Shown: piece by piece, positions 55,176 through 64,000 of the stretch
Numbering within the stretch: the first letter of the stretch is position 1
Layout: each line of letters starts with the position of its first letter
Assembly (NCBI GenBank): GCA_964016885.1
Contig: OZ024743.1
Location: 286,998,001-287,062,000 of the forward strand
DNA: 64,000 nt
Direction of reading: 5' to 3'
From: Eledone cirrhosa
Lineage: Eukaryota
Notes under the pieces: generated by a model
The model's input: only the letters and a program-made list of their open reading frames with translations
Database searches by the model: none
Told to the model about the DNA's origin: nothing
Program-made: the position numbers and the translations under genes

Positions 55176-56258
55176 TAAGAAGTGAATGTGACATTGTGCC
55201 AGGCCCAGGGTGGCCGAGAAGCCAAAGTGAAATTCTCACCGTTACATGACTGTGTGTTGACCTTTCAGAGTCCAAGCAGCAAGAGAAAGATTTATGAATC
55301 GCCGCGGGAATTTTTCCCTCGGGGCGGAAGTCGGGATACATTCTCCTACGCTGGCGGCAATTGGAGCGAAACAACGCACGGAGAACGCATCCACGAGCCC
55401 TCAGAATGTAGGTCACTACAATACCCCCTATCTAGTCGCAAGATGATATATAAAATTGAATCAGCCGGGAAAATGCTGAAAGAGAGCACATCAATGAAAA
55501 AAATTGAACAAAAGAATGCATGCAAGAAGAAAAATGAGGCGCTAAGGGCCGTGTTGAGCCGCTGTCAAATGACTAGCTGTTTTTCTATTTATGCGTGACC
55601 ACCCGGGGTCTAACAGAAAACGGATAAATTCTGACATGGGCAAAGTTGCTGTTCTTGCATTAAATGTTAGCTGTTATAGTAAGTGTTGTACCAGAGCTGT
55701 GGATGAAGCTGTTATGGTAGATGTTGTAGCAGAGCTGGCAAGAAGATGATGGGTAGGTGAGAAATTGTCGGCCTCCCAGATGAATTGCCGGAAGTGCTAG
55801 GCAGCCAGGAAAAAATGGCTAGTTGCTTTGAAAAGAAAAAAAGCAAGTTGAATCTGTAGGTGGGTAGTAGTTGAAGCGGTAATTCCATAAATCTGGCGAA
55901 TCCATAGGAGAAATGGTGGAAATGCTGACAGGTCCAGTTCCTTTTGTTGTTTTCCCAGTGAGTCGGGTAAAGTAACAAGATGGAGGTTGTTACGCTTGAA
56001 GATCATATAGAAGTGAATGTGACATTATGCCAGGCCCAAGGAGGCCGAGAGGCCAAAGTGAAATTCTCACCGTTACATGACTGTGTGTTGACCTTTCAGA
56101 GTCCAAGCAGCAAGAGAGAGATTTGTGATCGCCGCGGAAATTTTTCCCTCAGGGCGGAAGTCGAGATACATTCTCCTACGCTGGCGGCAATTGGCTGAAT
56201 TGAGCCAAAAAACGCACGGAGAATGTATCCATGAGCCCTCGGAATGTAGGTCACTACA
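55176..56258 (-). mobile_element. Internally deleted LTR retroelement (Gypsy-like, TRIM-sized)
   Basis: Two ~250-bp direct repeats (55176-55420, 56006-56258) starting TGTAGTG on minus; purine tract AGATAGGGGGTAT before the 3' LTR; gag-like remnant PPF..LW..Q..GITASTT. No clear TSD. Confidence 0.7.
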
Positions 56259-56273
56259 GTTTTTATAAACAAG

Positions 56274-56320
<47 letters not shown>

Positions 56321-57199
56321 CTAATTATTCAAATTCACTGTTTTTATGATCGAATTTTTTACATATATTGAACCAAGTCTCTTTTGTAAACTCTAGAAAC
56401 CATATCTATTACGCATCTTCAAACATCACCGATACGAATTAACTGAACTGATAGTCACGGTCGCAGAAATCAATTGAATGATATCTCCTCCGCATATTGT
56501 GCCAATCCGGTTAGAGACTGTTGTGAATGCTCGTTTCTCTCGTGATTAATTAGCATCTCCACTAATTTGCAAACGGAAATACGTCTCCATAGTTATCTCC
56601 AGTCTGTAACGATTATTTGTTTCTTAGTTTAGCTACCCACCTTGATGTATGTTTCTGTTTCACCAGTCAACCATTATACATTAAAATAACTCTATAAAAG
56701 TTGTGATGCGTGGAGAGGCGAGGTATGTGTTCCGTATAATAAAACAATATAGATAGCTATAATCGATAGCTTGTTAAGTAGACAAATTGAACATCTATTA
56801 GAGACTGTAAAGATGTGTGGTTTAGTAGTAAGGACGTTAGGCTGACGATCTTAAAGTCTATTTCCGGTGACGCGTTGAGTCCTAGAGCAAATCACTTTAT
56901 TTCACGTTTCACAGGGACAACCAGAGCCGGATTTAGACATGGGGGAGGGGGGCACTTCGAGCTTGAAGAGCCCCTCATACACAACAAAAAAATCAAAATA
57001 CAAAGCAAGGCCCAAAAGTTGCATATCAAAGTCAACTTGGCGGATGTAATCGGAATTGAAAAGTTATACATATAGTTGTTAAATGCAAAGAATTTTTAGT
57101 GTTCTGCCAGACCCAGGGTTATTTACTCGAGTAAATGTCACCGGAATCTAACTACTAAATTTTATAAAGAAAAGGATAAGATATTTTTACATAACACCA

Positions 57200-57544
57200 T
57201 GTTGAATGAGAGTTAATTCCCATTACAAAGGTAATGATAAAACGTAAGCAGTTTTTCGGAAAGGGTATCGAATATAAGTCTTCATTTTATTGTAGTTCCA
57301 TGTTATAATTGTTGTAAACAAATATTCTCGTACATAATTAGGTATAGTCCAGATCCATGATAGGTGGTCAGAGAAAAGTTAACAGGCTTGTCTTCAGTGT
57401 TGTCAGTTCGAAGGAAGGCGCCAAAAGAGAGAGAGCTTGACTGCGTTGCCGCTATTTATATCCTCTTTCCAGAAATTACAAAGAGGGTTCTAGACTTTCG
57501 ACGGGAAGTAACTCTAGCTACTTCCCTGTTTAGAGAGCGCTACA
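57200..57544 (-). mobile_element. Possible solitary LTR
   Basis: Minus strand TGTAGCG...TATAAATAG...AATAAA...TCAACA followed by PBS-like TGGTGT; no TSD seen. Confidence 0.4.
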
Positions 57545-58989
57545 AATTTGACCACCATCGTTTTACATCAACTTTCCACACTGGCAATCTGTTGGCTGGG
57601 TTGTCACATTCCAAGACCAACTCTTACTCTTCTTATGCATCACCTAGCCATATCAGCCATTGTCATTCTTGCACACTACATTCAACTAAAATGTTCTCTT
57701 TTCTCACATGTGCTCTGTAATTTACATACTCAAACATTGCACATCCAGTGAAGCTAATACAAATATTCTGACCAGTTAAACATAAATCTAACATGGAAGT
57801 ATACATAACTGTATAAATAGAGGCGTGTATGGAAACATACAATATGTTTATGTATAACAAAGAAACATAAGTTTCACTTTGATTATGTCACAGTGATCTC
57901 AGTAACTATGTGAGAATGCCAAATACTAGTATTTGAGGATCTGTATCCATCATTAGTGATGTTTACTCACTCGGTACTAAAGTAAATAAGCTAATAGCTT
58001 ATATATAGATTTTGCAAATAATACATTTTTGGAGATGCTCATTTGCATATAATGCAAGCTTGATGGGCTAAGCTTCTTCTTCTCATTTATTCCTGGGAGG
58101 TTCATAGGAGCAAAGTCCTGATACACCTTCCAGAAGGTTCAATCCGAAACTGTCTCTAGCTGGATCCCCAAGTGACACTAACCAAACTCATGCCTGTTAT
58201 CCAACCATTTTGTTTGTGGTCTACCTCTTTCCTGTCACTTGGTTTTGCTTATAAAACCTGTCCAACAATTCTAATTAGACATTCTAACTGTATACCTTAG
58301 TATTGGAGCCGTGATCTTTTTATTCAGAGAAGCAGCTCTAGCTTGAGTGACTGCCTGCACAAGTCTCACCATCATCATGTGAAAGTAACCTCAGTAACCA
58401 TGTGAGAATGCCAAATACTAGTATTTTATCAGTGGGTACTGATGTATATATGTTAGGAGCTTATATATACATTTCAGGCATTTTCATACATTTACAGAGT
58501 TGTGACATGATCACAGCTTAAAATTCTAACAGCAAGACATATGTATGTTTAGTATACATTAATATTATTTAAGTATATTATTACACATAACCATATTGTT
58601 TATGTATAATATGGAAGCATATTTTTCAGAAGTGTAGAAAAAAAGACTTTGTAGTTATTTTAGTGATAAAATATTCTACACCAATAAATATAACCTTTTA
58701 CTTTCTATACTTAGTTTAGATAGGTTTTGCATTGACAAGCATTTAATCTTTCTAGTAGTGCAACTGTTTATAAAAACAAACATTAAATGGAAATATGTAT
58801 AATCCATAAATGTTAAACCTTATATATAAATTGACAGAAAAACTGACAAGGGGTTTTAGCAAATGTACAAAAGTTTAGGCCAAAATGTACCAAATTTACT
58901 ATAGAAAGATTAAATGCTTGTCAATGCAAAACCTATCTAAACTAAGTACAGTAAGTAAAAGGCTATATTTATTGGTGGAGAGTATTTTA

Positions 58990-60125
58990 TCACTAAAATA
59001 CCTACAAAGTCTTTCTTTATACACTTGGCTTCTGAAAAATCTTTAATAAACTTTTCAAACTGCATCATCTTTAAAATACCGTCCCCTACATCCTGTAGAC
59101 ACAGAGCACTTAGTCTTTCATGGGTCATCCTGGTTCTGGGAAGTTCTTTATCAGAGCCAATTTGTTGAATGATCTCTCTCCTGAACAATTAGTGACCACC
59201 AAGCTCAAATATATTATAAAAACTATATCAAAACCTGGAAAGATATTAGCTAGTCCTTCATCATGGAGTAAAACTGCCTATTGAGAAGGAATGATACATG
59301 ACTAGAGCATGGAAAAGGCTGCAAACTAGCCCAGTTCTATTAACACATTATTAAAATCATGGAGTTGGTGGGAGCAGTGATGAGTTTCTTAGCTTGAGTT
59401 CTTATCTCTGCATCAGGTAAACTACATGTTTACTATGATTTTGAATTTGTCATATACTGATTAGTAAGCTATCCAGCATTTTTGTAAAGCAACAGACAAC
59501 TGGTCTAAAATAACACTGAAAGACCCATATCTGAATGTTTCTCTTGGAGAAATGAGAACTTCTGATTGTGATGTTGAATTTGCATCATATTATTTGTTTC
59601 TCTTTTGTGTCCACTCTGTTGTTGCTTTGTAGTTCTAGGCATCCAGTACCAACTCTTCATACCTCACATGAAGGGATTTCCCAAACTTTTCCAAGGAATC
59701 AGTTAGATTCACCACTTTACTCAGATCAACTTCAACACCTTGAAAAGCTTTGTTATTGAACCATACAAGAATTAAATTCCAGATCTTAGCCATCAGAGCA
59801 GATTCAAGACAGTCCATTTTGTCTGCTAATATCTGTGCTTTATATCTTGCTCCAGGTATTTGTTCTGAGTCACTTTCAATATCTCCAAGTGTGATTTGAA
59901 TGCAGCCATACCCATCTATGACTGCTTCAGTAGCATCAGCCCTTACTGACCAAGTGTCTCACAGGTACTTCTCAGTTGGGGTCATTGGATTATCTTCCAA
60001 AGACATCATTAGATTTGCCCACATGTGTGTTGATGCACCAAAAAAATGTGCAAAACCATTGTATGAAGCCAAAATAACCGACAGCTTCAGTATAGCAAGA
60101 GGCATAAATCAAGTACTACTCTCAT
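58990..60125 (-). pseudogene. Decayed hAT-family transposase (ZMYM1-like C-terminal half)
   Basis: FGFIQ..FFGASTH.W; DTWSVRADA; ALMAKIWNLIL..FN..FQ..DL; dimerisation-domain end RTRMTHERLSAL..FIKDFSEAK. Confidence 0.8.
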
Positions 60126-60295
60126 TTGTGGTCTTCCCGGTCCTCATACTGCAGACACTTCATCATCATTTTACGTCCATTTTTCCCTGCTTACAAGGGT
60201 GGGACGGGTCCTATTCAACACAGCATCTCTCCATTCATCACGGTCATTCATACATATATATATATACATATATATATGTATATATATAAATATAT

Positions 60296-61105
60296 CTTCT
60301 TTGCCCACTTATTCCTGACAGTGTCATGGGGGCAGAATCCTCAAACACTTCTTCTTGCATGTCCTGTTAGAAGCAACTCTTTCCAACTGATCCGGCTGGA
60401 TCCCCAAGCAAGACCAGCCAAGCTCATGGATGTTATCCAACCATCTAGCTTGGGGGCTACTCCTGAGTCTCTTGTCTGTTGAGCAATTCTTTCCTGAGAC
60501 ATTCTAACCACATGCCCATAGTATCGGAGTTGTGCTCTCTCAATTTGGAGAAGTAGCAGCTCTACCTGGAGCGACTCTCTGATCTCCAAGCTATGCACTC
60601 TATTGAGTAACTTTACTCCAAAGACCCTTCGGAGGAACCCCATTTCAGCCACTTGAACTCATTATCATATTCTTTTAGTTATTACCCAAGATTCATGACC
60701 ATAGGTAAGGGTTATCATGAATACTAAATTGAAGATATCAAGTTTGGCTTTTACACCTACCTCCCTTCTGATTACCAAATGTAGAAGCCAGCACATTACT
60801 GTACCAGCTCCTGCACTTAATTCAGCTCCCTGCCTTCTATCACTTGTAAACAGAGCCCCAAGATACTTCTCCACCTGCTTCAGTGGAACTCCATTCACAT
60901 ATAAAGTGCACTCGCCAGGCTTCCTTGAGAGGATATGAGTTTCAATTTTCGCTGCACTGATTTTCATTCCAACCATACAGCACTCGGCAACAAACCTATC
61001 AAGTGCAAGTCGGAGTTCACCTTCTGTCAAGTTAATTAATACCATGTTGTCTTTAAATTCCAATCAATTGATTCTACACCTGCCAGTCATGATACCACTT
61101 CCAAC
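60296..61105 (-). mobile_element. RTE family 2 3' fragment
   Basis: GMKISAAKIE..KQVEKYLG..LTYGHESWV..AEMGFLRRV..QLRYYGHVVRM; same family as 7305-8130. Confidence 0.88.
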
Positions 61106-62200
61106 CTGGCTGAGCGTGTCAATCGAGCTTTACAGTTGGGTCAATGACCAACAACCTCTCTAGTGATGGTGCCACGAAAATGCACCCTATACATGCTGTA
61201 AGGGTGGTTGGTGACAGGAAGGGCACCTTGCTGTAGAAACCATCCAATAGAGGTGTGGGACCATAGATTTTGCAGGAACAGTAAACTAAATTGACCTTTT
61301 GATTTGATTAGTATTTATTGTTGGCAACAACAAAAACCACTCAGTTCACCCTGTAAGTTGGTGTTAGGAAGAGTATCCAACTGTAGAATCTATGTTCCTA
61401 GTCACCCAGCTGTAGAAACCATGCTCCCAGTCCACCCTGTAAAATGGGTTGTTTGAAAAGGCATTCAGTCATAACGTGACATTCCATCCAACCTCTGCAA
61501 GCATGGAAAAGAGATGTTAAACAGTGATAATGAAATTCTCTATGGTGAGCTTATTACAGGGAAGAGAACAGCTTGCACAGAATAGAGCCTTAGGGTGCAT
61601 CCTCATTTATAAAAGCACAAAATACTCAAAAGAGACATGCATCCAGACAACAGAAACCAAACACAAGATCCACTGAACCCATTCAGCTAATACGCTAAAG
61701 AAAGCTACAGAACACGTCTTACATTAGGCCGTTATTCCTGTGCCAGAATCAAACTCACCAGACATCAAATAAAAGCCAACGAATCAGGTAACCAAAGTTG
61801 ACTACTGATGTATGAACAACTAACCAACCAATTTACTTTATCAACTAACTACAGAAGGATGGTTGAAAAACAAGTCAACCTCAGCCTTATTTGAACTCAA
61901 ATGATAAAGAGAACCAAATACTACAAGGTATTTGTCCACCACTTTAGTGATTCTGCCATTACTTTCCCTCTTTTAACACACACAAATCTAAAATTTAAAC
62001 AAAATGTTTTGATTTTTTAATATTATTTCTAAAAATATATTTCATTTATCTCCACACAAAATTTCAAATGTTCAAGATAGTAAATATTTTCTAATACTGG
62101 TTTCTTATAGACATACAAACCTATCTAATTCATGAGAGAAGGATGCAATTGTATGATATCTGTGCCTTGCTCAAAAATATTATGAATAAAGTGAATTGGC

Positions 62201-62426
62201 TTAACCCTTTTGATACCACACCACCTTTAGTTTTAGGATACAAAACTTTTATTTTATCTATATTTATCTAAAAACATTTCATCATAATCTCGTGTAAGAA
62301 CCTTTGATAAGTTATGTTCCATACACCAGCTAAATAATGAGAAAGTCCTATTTTCTGATTATTTTCAAAATGATTTGTAAATCATAGGCAGTGTCTTTCC
62401 ATTGAAATATGGTAAGGAAAGGTTAA
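62201..62426. mobile_element. piggyBac-type MITE (TTAA-flanked), degenerate
   Basis: TTAA-CCCTTTTGATACC ... GGTAAGGAAAGG-TTAA. A similar right end (aatgggTTAA) occurs at ~53600. Confidence 0.5.
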
Positions 62427-64000
62427 ATAATAAATCAATATTAACTAATATTGTAACAAACATCATTGTATGATAACAGGACAGCAAACAAAATTTACAT
62501 TAGTTTCACACTTTTTGTTATATCCATCTCATTTTATTTATTTTACTAACAGACTTGAGAATAACATGAACAACTCCACTTAGCACGGGTGTGCTACTGT
62601 AAGAAGTTGGTATTCATCATCATCATCATCTTCATTTAACGTCCATTTTCCATGCTAGCATGGGTTAGGTATTATATAATAAATATGACATTGTGGCTGT
62701 AGGACAGAATGAAACATTGAGAAATACTGAGGTGAGAACAAAACTATATCCTCATTCAGTATATTATTGCTATAGTTGTACAGGTGTGCTACATTTGAGA
62801 CAAAAATATAATTGTTTAAATTACTGAGAATAAATCCTTTTTGGCACTTTTCATCAAATTTTAGGGGTTAGTAATAATGGTTTCTCATTTAGACACAGGA
62901 CCAGAAATTTGAAGGAAGACAACAGTTGATTGTATCGACCCCAGTACTGGATTGGTACTTTATTTTATCAACCTCAGGAGGATGAAAGGCTGACTTCAAT
63001 GGGATTTAAACTTAAAACTTAGAGTCTAAAGAGTTGGACCAAATATCACATAGTATTTGTTGATACTCTAATAATTCTGTCAATTCACTGACCTCTAGGA
63101 GTAACTAATAATGGTCTCTAATTTACTCACAAGACCAGCAAGTTGGGGGTGTGAAGAAGAAAGTCGATTAAATTGACCCCAGTACTTGATTGGTACTTTA
63201 TTTCATTGACCCCAGAAGAATGAAACGCAAAGTTAACCTCAGCTGGATTTAATCTCAAGAGATAGATTCAAAACAAATACTTCAAAGCATTTTGTCTGAC
63301 ACGAACGATTCTGCTAATTCACCACTCTTAGGGGTAAGTAATAATAAATATAAACACACACAGACATTAGGTCATATATATAATTTCCAGAGATAGCTAT
63401 CTGAGTGTTACCGTTGTTATTGGTGCAGTATTACAACTGATATTTACACATTGATACAACATGATGAAGCTATATTTACATTACTGCACTTTAGTAATTA
63501 TTGAGTAGATGCAAGATATATATATATATATATATTCAAAATAGGGGGCACATATATAATAGAAGAATAGTCAACTGAATTAATTCATGATAGGATGAAA
63601 GGTAAAGTTCATTCTCAGAATGCAAAGGAAAAAGATTAAACAGTGTAAGTTGTCTTAATAAACCATTCTCCCATTTCTGCCAATTCAGCAAATAAAAGGA
63701 GCAAATCATTGCAATACAGTATCTGCTACAGCTTCTTACATCTATACACATAGCAGTTGCTATGTGTAAGTTTATAGTGATTCACCATACTGAGCAGAGA
63801 GAAAATAAACCTCCATTGAAATTTGTACAAGTAAGGAAGTAGATGTAGATGCTGTCAATTAACTAGTTTGAAACAATAATACAATCATATGCATCTGTCG
63901 AATTTTGTTGTTTGCTTTTGAGCAATAACGTAAGAGAAGGTTATAATGATAGTAGAGCTAGCAAAAACATATCTAAACCACCTAAAAATGTTCAAAGCTA

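Noticed and set aside
57897-58427. 37-bp direct repeat flanking an RTE fragment, read as a TSD
   Set aside because: Too long and not at the element boundaries; more likely a local duplication.

Overview
AT-rich, repeat-dominated eukaryotic genomic DNA. The SINE families, RTE LINEs and microsatellite load most resemble an octopus/coleoid cephalopod; this is inference from recognising the repeats, not a database result. No intact host gene is evident, and most ORFs in the track are microsatellite or antisense artefacts. Contents: a near-full-length RTE LINE (9.2-13.1 kb, minus) whose ORF has a PHD-type C4HC3 finger inside the RT, plus several decayed RTE copies, two with twin-priming-type 5' inversions; many tRNA-derived SINEs; an interstitial (TTAGGG)n array; a decayed hAT transposase; an internally deleted LTR element; several MITEs. 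The most unusual part is a nest at about 23-37 kb, with outliers at 39-43 kb, built in (TA)n microsatellites. It holds two Naiad-like Penelope elements, about ten type I hammerhead-ribozyme motifs from several unrelated sequence families, and a run of long fold-back palindromes, two of which are head-to-head hammerhead pairs. There is also a weak candidate spliced minus-strand locus whose exons carry in-frame TAG codons.
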